The notes: generated by a model from the letters alone, not told the origin. A stretch of 64,000 nt of DNA from Azolla caroliniana (GCA_043228905.1 JBHGNT010000022.1:12710001-12774000); one strand, 5' to 3'. Counted from the stretch's first letter, positions 36,285 to 50,600 are shown. Numbers and translations are program-made.

Positions 36285-36681
36285 GGCTTAAAATCACTCA
36301 AAAGAACATAAAACGCATAGGAAGGATTAATGAATGAGGAGATGGGTTGTTTCCTTTTCCCTGAAATGAACCCAAATTTTGGTGAGAGAACAGCGGGGGA
36401 TGGGGGGGGGGGGGGGGGGGGGTTCTGCTCTCTGGTTTGTCTAGAAGAAAATAGCAACAAAAGAAGGAAATTGAAGACAGGAAGGAAAGCTAAAGAAGCA
36501 AGAAGAAAAAGAAAAAAAGCATCATCCACCGCCTGAAATTTTTCTTCTCTTCAAAATTCCTTTGCAATCCATGGTGTGTGAGTAGTAAGGCCCACGCTGA
36601 TGTGGCATGATTTCATAGGATAAGAGACAGCCTCAAGCGTGGTGGGCGGGGGCGTGAATCCATCGTCTCGATCATACGGCC

Positions 36682-37751
36682 CATGCTGACATGGCACGAT
36701 GTCATTGGTTCTCACAGACAATCTCGAGGGTGGGCGGACATCGTCTTGTTTGCTCGACAAAGCCTACACCAATGGGGAAAAGTCTGTGTAGATCACATAC
36801 GTGGCTTCTTCACGCTGATGTGGCACGATTTCATTGGTTCTCACAGACAATCTCGAGGGTGGGCGGACATCGTCTTGTCAACTCAACAAAACCTACACTA
36901 ATGGGGAAAAGTCTATATAAGATCACACGCGTGGTTTCTTCATGCTGATGTGGCACAATTTCATTGGTTCTCACAGACAATCTCGAGGGTGGGCGGACAT
37001 CGTCTTGTCTGCTTGACAAAACCTACACCAATGGGGGAAAGTCTGTGTAGATCACACACGTGGTTTCTTCATGTTGACGTGGCACGATTTCATTAGTTCT
37101 CACAGACAATCGCGAGGGTGGGCAGACATCGTCTTGTCTGCTTGACAAAACCTACACCAATGGGGAAAAGTCTGTGTAGATCACACACGTGGTTTCTTCA
37201 TGTTGACGTCGCACGATTTCATTAGTTCTCACAGACAATCTTGAGGGTGGGCAAACATCGTCTTATCTAGTTGACAAAACCTACGCCAATGGGGAAAAGT
37301 TTTTGTAGATCACATGTGGTTTCTTCATGCTGACATGGCACGATTTCATTGGATCACTGACAATCTCGAGGGTGGGCGGACATCATCTTGTCTACTCGAA
37401 AAAACCTACACCAATGGGGGAAAGTCTATGTTGATTACACGTGGTTTCGTCCTGTTGACGTGGCATGATTTCATTGGATCATAGACAATCTCGATGGTGG
37501 GTAGACATCTTCTTGTTCACTCGACAAAACCTACAGCAATGGGGAAAAGTTTGTGTTGATTGGCGTGATTTCATTGGATCATAGACAAATTTGATGGTGG
37601 GTAGACATTGTCTTGTTCCCTCAACAAAACCTACACCAATGGGGAAAAGTTTGTGTCGATTACACGTGGTTTCTTCTTGCTAACATAGCATGATTTCATT
37701 GGATCACAGACAATCTCAAGGGTGGGCGGACATCGTCTTGTCCGCTCGACA
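36682..37751. repeat. ~129-bp tandem array (~9 units) immediately upstream of the metallophosphoesterase
   Basis: Unit starts at 36682, 36811, 36941, 37070, 37199, 37326, 37451, ~37560, 37676; decayed copies at ~36593 and ~37895-38075. Confidence 0.95.
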
Positions 37752-39294
37752 TGTGAACTCAATGCATATCATTTGAGCCCTAATGTTATGGTATCATAGG
37801 CCACAAACTACATGGGGGTCGAGCACCTTATAGTTTCATGTGGCAACCTAGGTTGTGTATCTTAATGCATCTTAATGCTTGGCTTTAAGATCGTCAACGT
37901 TGACATGGTTTGAAAATCATTGGTTCCAAACAACATGGATGTACATCTTCTTGTTCGTCTCTACAAGCTATGTTTATGCTATGCATCCATTACATAAAAT
38001 GGTTATGAAGGAATTTGTGATCATGTGTGCCAAACAGTCATTAGTTGCAAACAATGTGAGGGTGGACATCTTTTTATTTGGAGTGATGTAGTACTTCATG
38101 ATTATATGGTACAAAACCACAATGTGTTGCTTGTTGGGTAACCACTAACTTTGGCTAGATTAAAACTAGTTGACGGGCCAAAAGAACTTGTTTTCATCTT
38201 TACGTAGACAAGATCATTGTCACAAACAATAGGGCATGCAACTCCTTGGTCTATTATACATAATCTAATTTATATGGTCCATTTTGAAGTTCATCCATGT
38301 CACACAAACGCATCAATCTGGGGCATACAAGTTTTTGTTGGAATCTATTAACGCAAATTCGGTTAAGATAGAGCGAATGGTTAAATCCCACATTGATGTG
38401 GCAAAAAATCATTTATTGTGATGATATGGTATACCGAGCTTCTTGTTTGGCACCCATTAACTCATATGGAAATAGCCCTCGTGCTTCAAATGTGGAAATA
38501 GCTAAATTAATTATGTGGTGTAAATTTCATTTATAGGATGTTTGGCCCTAGTTATAGTGATTAGTAGACATGGGAATAATTTTGAATTAACACAAGCAAG
38601 AGAAGCAACCTTTGTGAAGTGCCCACATTCCCTAATTTTTTCCAAAGAAATAAATCATCTTGATGCATCCATTAGCTCATATTCATAGTATCACCTGTTT
38701 TCGTTTCAAATGAATCCATTATTTGTACACATTCATATTCTATTTTTAGGGTAAATTTTATTTTTCACTACTTTCCTCCAATTATTTTTTAGCATTTGTC
38801 AATATCAATTCATTGATACTTTGGAATTTAGAACTTCTGGATGTCATGTAAGTTGTAAGTTGTAACCATGTTGTCTTCAATCAACATAGGCCTAAACTAG
38901 TTTACATTCTTTGTGGATACCATTTTTATGACTTTGTCTAGGTCTTCATGCCCTTCCACTCAACAATTGTTTTGATTTTCTTGTGCACATCTCATTGATA
39001 TACTTTGTACAAACTTAAGTATGTGCCGTTATATGGAAGCACGTTTTACCAAACAAATAAATGTTGTCCCTTGATAGATAAATGCTCAACTTGAATAAGT
39101 CAATTATTGGTTGGGATATATTTCACATGTTTGTGTGAGCCCTTTGCGGTTTTGAAAACAATGATTTTTAAAAATTCAACAATATTTCGGTCTTTAGGAA
39201 ACGTGTTTATCTTAACAAAGAGATGCATGCAATTTGTTAGTTTCTAAATCACTCTATTCACAAACCCATGGTTGAAAACAACCTTCTTCGAGCA

Positions 39295-41350
39295 ATTTAT
39301 TTATTTATTTATCCAAAAAAAACCTACTTCCATTAGTTATAAAATTTTACAAATGAGAGTATTATATACAAATCAATGTAGGGACGCGATAGTTCCATCT
39401 TATGTGGATGCTCACTGCCTCGAGAAAACGAGAGGTTGACCATTGTTGGATGAAGGCCATTCGTTGTCTTTCAACTCCATTGGAGCTGCCCTTGAGGCCA
39501 TCGTATTGGCTCTTTAGAGTGACTACAACGTCACTCCGTATCTCTTGCATTAACATTATTGGATGCGCGGTTTGGTTGGAGAAGACCCGTCTACATTGAT
39601 GTTTCCATAGAATCCAAAGAGTTATTGGGTTGACAAATTCCAACACAACTTGAGATTTGGCATTAATAGGAGTTGAGTGGATATTGTCAATGGTGGGGAA
39701 AAAAACTTCTTGTGCTTTTATTACCAAAGTCATCTCCTCCTCTTGATGCCCATACCTGTCAACTAGGGCATGCCATGATAACCAACAAACATTTCCCCAC
39801 TTGATTGTGGCTTGCACATGGCATAATTGCAATAGGCGACCAACCCCCACCATATTCTATGGGACTCTGGCAATCCCACAGAGCGTGTTGAATTGATTCT
39901 TTTGCATTTGGGCACGGGACACAATTAGGAGAGCTAAGGTTCTTACGATGCCATGCTCCAACCGGTAATGACTTATGTATTAATAGCCCTTGGAATGTGG
40001 TAAATCGCCTAATGTGTTATTGTTTCCAGATTTTTTGCCCAAACTTGGTGATAATCGTATGATGAACATGAGATGTGTGCTAGAACTTTCAGCAGCCAAC
40101 TCTCGGGACGTTTGAGCGGCTAGAGTGTGGCGACCCAATCTAGTCATGAAATTGGAAGAAAGGAATGGTTTTGCTTCCTTGACCCACATAAGTATCATGC
40201 CATGTCGATTGCAAAAGGTCCCAATTGACCTTACATAGCCATGTGTTTTCATGAATACATATGTGCCATTCTGATTGTACTTTGATTGGGTCAGGATCTA
40301 CAATCCATTTATGACAAGTATATGCGAGTACTCAAATTGCCATATTCAATATTGGTGTCTCATTGTCTCACAATTCATGGCCTTCAATCCTATATATTGT
40401 TTCCCTACTTCTTGGGATCAAAGAGCCCTCCTCGTAGTTTATCCACTTCTCCATTGTCGTCATTTGATTAGCAACTTCCCTAAGCAATATATTGTTATTA
40501 ATTTCAGATCTCATAGGTCATCCACCCTTGATTCCATGAAGTATGTTGGCTTAATCTTGTATTGGCAATGACATAAACCGTCTCCAACATTCTATACTCT
40601 TTTCCTAGACCTTCTGCAATGCATCCCCCTGACAACCCCTTACTTGATCCAATTAATTGACCAGATTCATCTATGATACATGGGTTCCACAGGATGCGTT
40701 GATTGAGCCAAGCAGGTTCGGAAGTAGGTTGATCACACTTGAGCCCACGTCTTATGTAACACCACGCCTTCCACATGGATGCACTAAATCTATCCGCCAA
40801 TTGGTGTGAGAAACATGGTTTGAGATCCATGTTTAGAATCCATCCTGTTTGGGGGGCCCAATTGGGCCCTTTTCGTGGCCTAAAGTAAGCAAAACGTAAC
40901 CGCAATAGCATTTTCCAAGAGTCATCCCTTGGTTGAAGTCCTCGCACCACAAATTTGGTGAGTAGGGCTTTGGATTGTGAGAGGGGATCAATCAAACCCA
41001 ACCCTCCTCTCGACTTAGGCCACGCCACCTTGGCCCGCGTTGCATAATCTTCCTTACTAGACCAGATGTAGTTGCGTATCAATCGTTGAATCTTATGTAT
41101 ACTTTCCTTGGAGATTGCCCAACATGATAGGTTGTACCATGATGTTGCAAGCATTACCTAGTTTGTCACTATGATGTGACCTGCTATCGAGAGTTTTTTC
41201 GAGCTCCAATGTATCAACTTTTGTTGAATGGAGTGAATAACTAGTGCAATCAATCATCGTATCCGGGGGAATGTTTAATCCAATTTGGAAACCCAAATAT
41301 TTGGTGCTCACTCCCTAATTGATCCACTTGAAAGTAGGATGTGGGACCTG
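39295..41350 (-). mobile_element. 5'-truncated L1-clade LINE (end of RT to 3' tail)
   Basis: KYLGFQIG, RAKVAWPKSRGGLGLIDP, zf-RVT remnant, LWILWKHQCRRVF..WNYRVP; (TTTA)n tail at 39295-39312. Confidence 0.85.
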
Positions 41351-41971
41351 GTGCTATGCAGTATGTGTTTCATGACATAAAGTTTCTTCTTAAAACAATG
41401 ATTTTTAAAAATTCAACAATATTTCCCTGTTTAGCAGGGGTGTTTATCTTAACAAAGAGGTGCATGCAGTTTGTTAGTTTCTAAATCACTATTCACAAAC
41501 CCATTGCCAAATACATTCTTATTATATGAGAGAATATAGTTTTGGATTCTCCTCACCGGTTGTTAACATAGGATAGACATAGGTTCACCTTAGCTAAAGT
41601 AGCAAATAAAGAAATACTATGGAGTCGAAAATCCATCAAACCAAAGTAATTCTCAAAAGGATGATAATTGTAATTTAGACAAACATATTATAAAAGAGGT
41701 ATTAAATCATACTTATTAGCTTTTAGCTCTTTCTTTATTATTCTCTTTAGTATTTTCTTGAGCTCTCAATCTCTTAATCTTCCACTAAGTGTAACCAATC
41801 TTATACCCATAAATTTATTGTATGACAAGCTTCTAACTTGTCGAGGAATAGAGCATTGATTGTTGTCAATGACCTTATGTGAAGGAAACAATTAATGCAT
41901 CTCATTTACAATGTGGCATCATCATCGCTACCCAAAAGTGAACATTCTTGAGAGTAAATACTCATACCCCC

Positions 41972-42234
41972 ATGGATACATAGAACTTAGAACCAAATTG
42001 AAATTAAATGGAAAGTGCTTGGTTGAGAGCTCAATTTAGGCAACATAAGGGGTCATGAACATGAAGTCGTTGTGGTAGCTTCAACAACTTCTGACAACTA
42101 AGAATGGATGCATAGAACTTAGAATCAAATTGAAATAAATGGGAAGTCTGTGGTTGAGAACTCAAATTATGTGGCACAAGGGGTCATGAACGTGAAGTTG
42201 ACGTGGTAGTAATTCAACAACTTCTCTTAACTAA
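41972..42234. repeat. Two-copy ~132-bp tandem duplication
   Basis: atggat(a/g)catagaacttagaa..aaggggtcatgaac..ttcaacaacttct at 41972 and 42104. Confidence 0.85.
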
Positions 42235-45069
42235 AGTCTCATTATTGATTGTTATGAGATGTTTGTGAGATCGTTAAATGTACCAGTGAAACACAAAAAC
42301 TAACACATGTCCTACAAAGCCCCTAGAACTCACAAAAGAAGTATAGGGTCTAAGAATCTTAATTAATGTTAAGCATAATTAAGGAAAAAAATAAGGAAGA
42401 AAGGGTGCTAGTCCACTTGACGGATTTGTGTTCCATGTCCCATATGGCTAAGTACATACATGGGTTGTAACTTGGGTTTGAAGAAAAAGGCACAAGTGTA
42501 TGAAGTTGGAGCATTACCACACTATGATAATCTCTATTGAAAATAATAAAGATGACCCCCTTCATGAAGGTAGCTAGCCTTCTTATATAGGCTCAACCTT
42601 AACACTTTGTTAGTTGTGCACTTGGTTGCTTTTTTATAAGTGGCCAACTGATGAAATACTCTAAAGTTATCTCCCATCATAGGATTGATATGACTCAATC
42701 CTCACATTCGTTCCTTATGAATTAGCCCATACCTAACCTTGAGATTAGAGAATTAAGGTTATGGTTATGCTCTTAACAAAGGCCTTGAAAGATACAATCA
42801 AAAGTAAAGTTGAGGGTGGTGAATGGCATGATCCAACTATAGAGGATGGCATTGGATTGCCCATTCACAATACATGGAGTAAAGTATTCTTTGTCATTCA
42901 TAGTGATTAGGCCATCAAACAAGGCGGTTTATAATTGTCTCTTAGGATGTTTGTCCCTTTAGTCTAGTCGCTTGGTCATAAAGCTTGTAATGATGCAATA
43001 TACGTGTGAAAAGACACGAAAACTTATCAAGCCAAAATATACACTCAAAAAGTTCACTAGGTGTTAGAGTCTAACTAATTAATTAAGGAAAACATAAGGA
43101 ATTATAGATCAACGAAAGTAAAGAGGGGTCTCAAACCACCTGACCACCCCCTAACAACGATGTTAGATGAACCTGAACCTCCTCAATGTCCCATACCATC
43201 GACGGTTTATGTGAGTTGTACCTTGGGTTCTTATATAGGCAGAAACCATAAGGCCTGGTCCGGTGTGTTCACACATGACTACTTTATATGAAGTGGTCAG
43301 GTGATAACATGCTTAATAGGGATATCTCACACTATAGAATTGAATACTACAATTCATACCCTCATTCATTTTAGAATTATCATGCACATACTTGTCATAA
43401 CATTAGGGAAAACTATGGAACCCCTACTTATGATCAATTATGATTATGCATGTACCACTAGGAGGAGGGCAAACCACTTATGGATTATTGATCTATGACC
43501 ATTGAGTTTGAAATAGGACTTGTAATGGTTGAGGTAAACAAACCATGATACAATTTCAGTTTCATTTAAGGAGGAGTCAACAAGCTAGTAATGAGGTTGT
43601 TATTTTGATACACCAATGTGGAGGCAATTTTAGAGGATTGACCAGTACATGATGTAGCAAATATGTGTGAAAGTAAGGATTCAAACTCATGCATGGCCTT
43701 TTGTGATAACCTAATAGTTTACACTAGTTTTACGAGGAGAAAACAAATTACTATAAAGTAGATTTGAGGCCATGAAGATTACTTTACCATATTTATGAAA
43801 TGAGGTAGTGTCAAATGCCCGATGGTGTGTGGCATTCCTACTATATTAGCCTAATGACTAGTTTTCGTCAAACTTTGCCTCAAACTTACACTCAACCAAT
43901 GTGAACCTTGCAACTGAACCACATGTGTGAAGTTCTGTAAAGAAAATGTTAGTTGGTAAAAACAAATTGTGTAGTTGAAGACCAAGATCGAAGGAAGCTT
44001 CAATGAGTTGGATTTTTTGTTGAAGGACACAAACGTCCTTGTTGGACACCCACACATAGAGGTGGTTCTCTTGTTAAGATCCAACACACAAGTTATCTAG
44101 GAGTCGTCCTCGTCTAACTGAACATGAGATAACTTAAGCTCTTTTGTGGGAAAATCCTCTTGTAGTTCCATTGAGAAGCTCCTATTGTGCTTTAAAGTCT
44201 TGGTGTCAAGTTGGGATTGTGTTGAGCAACCATCACATCAAACCATGATGTGAAGAACAATTATGTGTAGCCAACAACCATTGTGAAAGGCTACCATCAC
44301 GTGTTGCCATAATGTGCAAGCATCATGGGGGGTAACATCATTTGTAGTCGCCATTGGGGGAGCTATCATCAGGCACTACCATCACGGTGAGTAGTTGCAT
44401 GTGTGGAGCTATTGCACATAATGTTGTGCCCATGCATATGAATTTGTTGTCTATGGTGAACCTCGATGTGGACAATCCTATTTGTGTCAACTCAAATTCC
44501 CTAACTTCCTTGGCCCCTATTCCTAAAGTTCATTCCTAAAGCTTAACGTTCAATCTTCCCCTTTCCTTACATATAAACACATACCCTACTACACATAAAC
44601 ATATACACTTTAGAATATTGTTACACACAAATAATTGTATACATACACCCATACTTACACATACAATTACACCCACATGCATTCATCAACACACACACAC
44701 ACACTTCTACGAACATTTAGCAAAATCATCCGTACGCAAATATACATATCACTAAACAAATCCACAATCACACAGAAGCGATGGCAGGAGCGCGAGCAAC
44801 AACAAAGCGTGGAGTGGGAGCAGCAGAACAGGGCGCGCAGACAGGGCGAGTAGGAGTAGGCGCAGGTGCACGATGAAGAACGCGCGCGTTGTCCACCAAA
44901 GCAGGAGCAGGAGCACAACACCAGCTGCTGTCTAGGTACTCCCACACCCACAATCCTCCCTCCCTCCCCCAACCAGAAAACGCACATTAATTAATTAATT
45001 AAAAAACACACAAAACAAAGGGGGAAGGGAAGACCAACATAGATAGCCTCGCAAGACACATAACTCGCT

Positions 45070-46150
45070 ATGGAGGGAGGAATCGAGCTTCCACCAACGA
45101 CCATTTTGCTCGATGAAGAAGGTGGATCAGATCTCGACATTACGTTGTCCCCTGAGACCAACCGTTTCTTATCGGAGGAAATCGAATGTTTACGGCGTAC
45201 CTCCTTCATATGTAGGTTTCTGGCAGGTAGACCAAGTCGGGGAATGGTTCGGGACATGTTCCAGGTGGCTGTGATGGAGAACATGCCGGTGATCAAGAGT
45301 GTCAGGGGTTTAGGGAAAAACTTCTTCCACATCTAATTGGGTAATGGCTCGCTAGCGCAACCACTGGTCGAGCTCAAGGTACTCGAACTGAAGTACGACA
45401 AGGTGTTGCTCCGGCCATGGTCACCAAGGTTCAATCCGATTGAAGAGTTACGGAAACTCAACAACCCTAGGGTGATCATCGCAACATTTCTCGGCCTCCC
45501 TCCTCATTTGTGCCATTTGCTCCCTCTTTTTGGCGAACAAATAGGGATGATATGTCCTCAAAAAGTGTCAATGGCAGACACAGTTGCGGAGGTGCCCAAG
45601 TTGCGCATCTTGGTGCCTTCCCTCCATGGACTTCCATCAAGGATTAGACTCTACTCTGAGGAGCTAGGTCTCACAGTGGTGAAAGTGGTTTACGAGGGAC
45701 TCCCGGGACAGTGTTTCATTTGCAAACAGACAGGACACCTAGCTAAGGCGTGTCCTCGCAAGACTGGAAAGGGAAGCTCGGGACCTCGACCCTCGGGCAA
45801 AGTCGGGCCAACCAAGGGTGACGAGGCTCCTTGGATACCCGTTAAGAAGAAGGGGAAAATTGGAGGCCTAGGTGCATCCTCTTCCACCCTTTTTCTTGAC
45901 CACCCCTTTGAAAGTAGTCCCTCTACCTTGTCACCAGCAAGCGCGGACAAGCAACCCTTGAAACGGGTAAAGATCCTCTCTGGGAGTGTTGATGCACCCG
46001 ACCTACAGGTGAGAGCTACCAACAGATTTACACCTCTTCAAGGGTTAGGGGATGGCGACCCAGAAGCGTTGGCAGCAATGTTGTCCCCATGCGACTCCTC
46101 ATGCCTTCCCCCACGAGAGCCTGAACTTGTGTTCTCTACCCCGATGGAGA
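45070..46150 (+). pseudogene. L1-type ORF1 (DUF4283/RRM-like + CCHC zinc knuckle), one in-frame stop
   Basis: ICRFLAGRPS..LGKNFFHI*..LRPWSPRFNP..LPPHL..VVYEGLPGQCFICKQTGHLAKACP..NRFTPL. Confidence 0.85.
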
Positions 46151-46154
46151 TGCA

Positions 46155-47635
46155 ACCCCACCTCGTACCCCACCTAACCGCACCCCAAGTGACCACACAA
46201 TTAGCATGTATCCATATCAACAACCTTAATACTCTATGCCATATTTGCATAATTTTAGGAGAAGACCACAATACATGCTTAATTGATTCTACCATACATC
46301 CACAACCAAAACCACATGACTTACTATCTAATTGCCGCAACCAAGCCCAAACTGGTAGTGCATAATGGATCAATAACCAACGAAAAAGGACAATCTTCCT
46401 AGGAATCTGCATACTCCATAACCATTTCCAATATTTAGATGCATCCATTAAAGAGGCTCCATTCGCCAACCACACTTTCATAGCGGATGGCGGATGAAAT
46501 TTCCTACTTAAGAGCAACTTTTGTCCCAACTTCACAGAATATTGGGAAATTTGAAAAAATTTAGTACGAGACGAAGGATTTGAATGTTTCCAAAGATAAT
46601 CTGATGGATCCCAATGCAAGTCCAACAATGACTTCTTTTTTTAAAACCCATAGTTGGCAAAATAACATACTATCGTAAGGAGAAGGATCTAAAATCCATG
46701 TTTTACCCGATTTACCAATCACTCTCACCGGATATTGCAATGTCGTTTGCCAAATTGACGATTCCACATCAGTCTGCCATAATCTTCCTTCCTCAAACAC
46801 ATCAAAATAGTAACAATCTCCTTGAAATGTTGTTCCTTTTACTCCTATAATAACACCAACCAAAGTAAAATATCCAAACCAAACATGCTCAAAAGAAGGT
46901 GACCAATTAGAGAGAAAATTCCCTAAAGATGATTGGATTTCATCAAACATAACTCTAAAACCTCTACACATGGTAGCATCTAGCTATGAATTATTTAGAT
47001 GAAAAACATAATTTCCCCAAGAGGCTATCGTGGCAGCTATACCATTATCCAACGTAGCCCACTGTAATCGTGGTCTATTGCCAAGCAATACACCCCTTTT
47101 CATCAGAAAAAATAAAATTCCAAATCAAAGGTTGCCGCAATAGTTCTTCATTCGAAGAGGGGCATCTACGAATAATAAAAAACTTAACAACTTCCCATGC
47201 TTTATAAATACCAACCATAAAACCATCTATCGGACCATGTATCGGTCTCATCTTAAAATTTGACAAGAATGCCCATCTTAGAGATGGTTTCCAAAACCCC
47301 GCCCCGTAGACGGTTTAATATCAAACAATCGATTTAAAGGCAACTCTGACCATATACCTTGAGCAGGGAACATAGCCCTAACAACAAATTTTGCCAAAAG
47401 AGCCTTACATTGGTTGTCTGGGTCCACCAACCCTAAACCACCATCAAAAAATTGCGTCGTAAGTGTCAACCAAGCTACCTTCGCACGAGCATTATTATTA
47501 CTTCGTCCTAAGTTTCGAACCATTCGTTGAATCTGTAACAAACAAGATCTAGAGAACAAACATGTAGATGCAATATACCACATCGATGAAAGGAGAACTT
47601 GATTAGCTATCATTACTCCGCTTGCTAAAGACACA
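46155..47635 (-). mobile_element. L1-clade ORF2 fragment (post-RT to zf-RVT), lacking 3' tail
   Basis: ANQVLLSSMWY, RAKVAW..GGLGLVDP, LRQPLIWN, WDPSDYLW, WKWLW..IPRKIVLFRW..CGFGC..ESIKHVLW. Confidence 0.85.
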
Positions 47636-50600
47636 TGTACATTGTTATTGGTATACACAAAAATTAAGATCGATAAAAGTTATCTCATGTGCATATATGG
47701 CACATAAATAACAACAAACTTAGAGATTTAACACTAAATGCACAACACACATGCATACAAACACAATAAACATATATACATTTATGCACCTTATTGTGCA
47801 CACACATTCTCCCATACTATTACCATGTGAGCACACCTTGAAGTTGGAAAACTTAACACTTGTTCACCTACATGCACACACATTCTTTGGGGGGAAACTC
47901 TAGGTGCTCCCACGCATACGGAAAGGAGAAATAATCATGTGCATGCCGTTGTACCGACTTCAACAAACTCTAAAGACGTAACCTTCAACCCCGTCTTCCC
48001 TACTTCAAGACCTTGGTGGTCCCACCCCATATTTCATCATTTTTGAAAAACACAAATGGGTTAATGTCCAATGTACTAGCATTTAAAGGAAAATACAAAG
48101 GACCACAAGCCATGTGGCAAGTGAAGAATACATTTAACTAATGCATAGGGTGGCACACAAGTTAGACTCAAATATGGTCACCAATACATACCTTTATCCA
48201 AAACCATGTTTCTCAGTTATGAACCACTTAGTAGATGAAAGAAAATATATGTCTAAAGGAAGTACGACCATTGATAATAGAGTTAGATTGCAAGGGAAGA
48301 TTCAAAATTGGCTCTCAAAATGCACTAGTTTCTCTTGTAAAAAGAAGGTTTGACCACCCCTTGTATGCATCACAATCACAATATAATGTTGTTAAAGTCA
48401 TACATTGGGAAAAATGCCCACTAGATTGGGCAAAATGTTGCATTAGTGGTACAATGCATCCATTCTACCAAGGATTCGAGATCGTAGTCCAACCCAAAGA
48501 AAACTACACTTACACTAAAAGAAATAGTGTAGAATAAGCAAATGAGCATGTTAGGACACTCGGTTCCCTAAAATTACAAAGATAACCCAAGGTAAAAAGT
48601 AAAAACATTTAGGTTTTGCTTATTCTCCCTTTTAGTTTCTTAGAAATTTTTTTGTTTTCATTAAAGGTTTACCACTATTTTGAACTCTTTTCTACAGTAG
48701 TCCAAACCTTCATTAGAGCATATCAACTTGTCACCACACCTCCTCACCACGAACAACAAATTCAATAGCTTAAGGAAATCATGGCAATACCTTTTCGTTG
48801 TCTTGATTTTGCACGTCTATTGACAAAGGTAGTCACAACGATGAAAGGAGTTCTTACGTCAAAGTGAGCTACTACCAATGATAGGAGTTGTTAGTGCCAA
48901 AACTAGCCCCAACAATGAAACAAGGCATTAGCAACAAAGAGACTCACACCAACGAAGCCAATACTAACTCCAAACAAAACCTTGTTAAAATTGTTATTAA
49001 TCAGAGATTATTTGACTCACAATGTCATTGAATTGTTCGTAATTAGAGAGTGGACAATGGTGAACCTTGGAACCTATAAATTAATCTTTAACTATTGTAA
49101 AATGAATATTAGTGAATTTATCATTCAAATATTCAAGTTAATAGCTTTACTCAAACATGTTTGTTTTCTAAGCCTATTTTAAAGGTAATGTCACGGGGAT
49201 GTGAAAAACATCATTGTTACCTTTCGTATCTCTTTTTTTCTTTGTTGAACATCGTTGTAATGATTTCAATATACTCTTATGGTTTTGTGTGCCTCGAATA
49301 TGCCTTTTGAAAACTTAATTAGAGAGAATATTGTAGTTCTTTGATTTCTTTTTATTGTGGTTCGATATGGCAGAATGAGGTTTAATTGAGGAACCTCAAT
49401 TGATTACCTTTAGTAGAGCAATGTTAAGGTTCCCATGTTGTTAGAAACATATCATTAGATTGCCTTAGAAAAGGATGAAGAGATGGGGTAATCTTTGAGA
49501 GTGAGCTTGAAACGTTGGTAAAGCCACATTTTTTTTAAAGGTCAATAATAAGTATATGCTTAGAGTAATAAGAAAAAGGTAATATATCAATATTCTAGCA
49601 AAAGTTTAAGACATTTCCTTGATTTCACACACATTCGAGAAATTTGGTAAAGTTCAGCAAAATTCAATTGATACTTAGTATACTCAAATAGCACATTGTA
49701 CACACCCCAGGTTTATGATATTGGAATTGTCAACATGGGTTTTGTCAATCGTCTTATTAGGATTTAATTTCGTTAGATCGTTACTTAATTATATCCCAAT
49801 GTTGTTAACTACGTTCCAATTGATATTATATGGTACTAAAATTACCAAATTCCCCATATATAAAATTATGAGAGTTATATGTAAGTAGTCTTTTTGACAA
49901 AATTCACTACAAACACAATCAAGTTTCTCTATAATTCATCTTCAGAAACTGTATGTTTTTTAGAAGCACTATATATCATTACTTATTGTTTGTTCATTAG
50001 TGGACTTCTCTCTCATATTATGTTTTTCGTGATTTATCAATCTCAATCATTTCATGTTGTCCTACTTATTGTTTATTCGTCACTCACTTCGTAATCCCTC
50101 ATCATAGGATCATGAATTGTAATCTCATTGTCATTTCATCCTCCCAATAAATGAGGAGTATTCTTGGTGGCCCAATGAATGTTATAATTCCAGTTGTCGT
50201 GATAGAAGGTTTGTGGTGTGAGCATTATAGAATAAACCAAGTCGATTCATATGATTAAGATGTAGCTAATAATGAACGTGCCCCATTGTCATTCACATAT
50301 TGCCATTCTTCACAAATTTATAGAAAAACATTTTCATAATCATGTCACTCGAAAATCATTTTCATATAACCGTCAAAGTTATGTGAGAATTACTAGAGTC
50401 TCATTAAATGCCTCCAATTTGTCACTTCCGTACAACCATGTTCTCATTGAATTTATAATGGTCCTCACTCCTTTGATAGTGATTACTATATTTCAACAAA
50501 ATTATTGCTTTTGTCCAAAGCGAATGTTATTAAAACAACTTTTCTTCTTGGAAACTCTATTGAGTTCTTTCTCCTTTTAGCTTGAGTGTTTTGCCCATCA

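Noticed and set aside
36272-36536. Poly-Pro / poly-Gly ORFs upstream of the phosphoesterase
   Set aside because: Produced by the poly-G tract in probable 5'UTR sequence.
36682-37751. CRISPR-like array
   Set aside because: Units are homologous along their whole length with no unique spacers; eukaryotic context; no cas-like ORFs.
45070-47635. Twin-priming L1 inversion
   Set aside because: Twin priming gives divergent pieces with an intact polyA-bearing 3' part; here the pieces converge and no tail is present.
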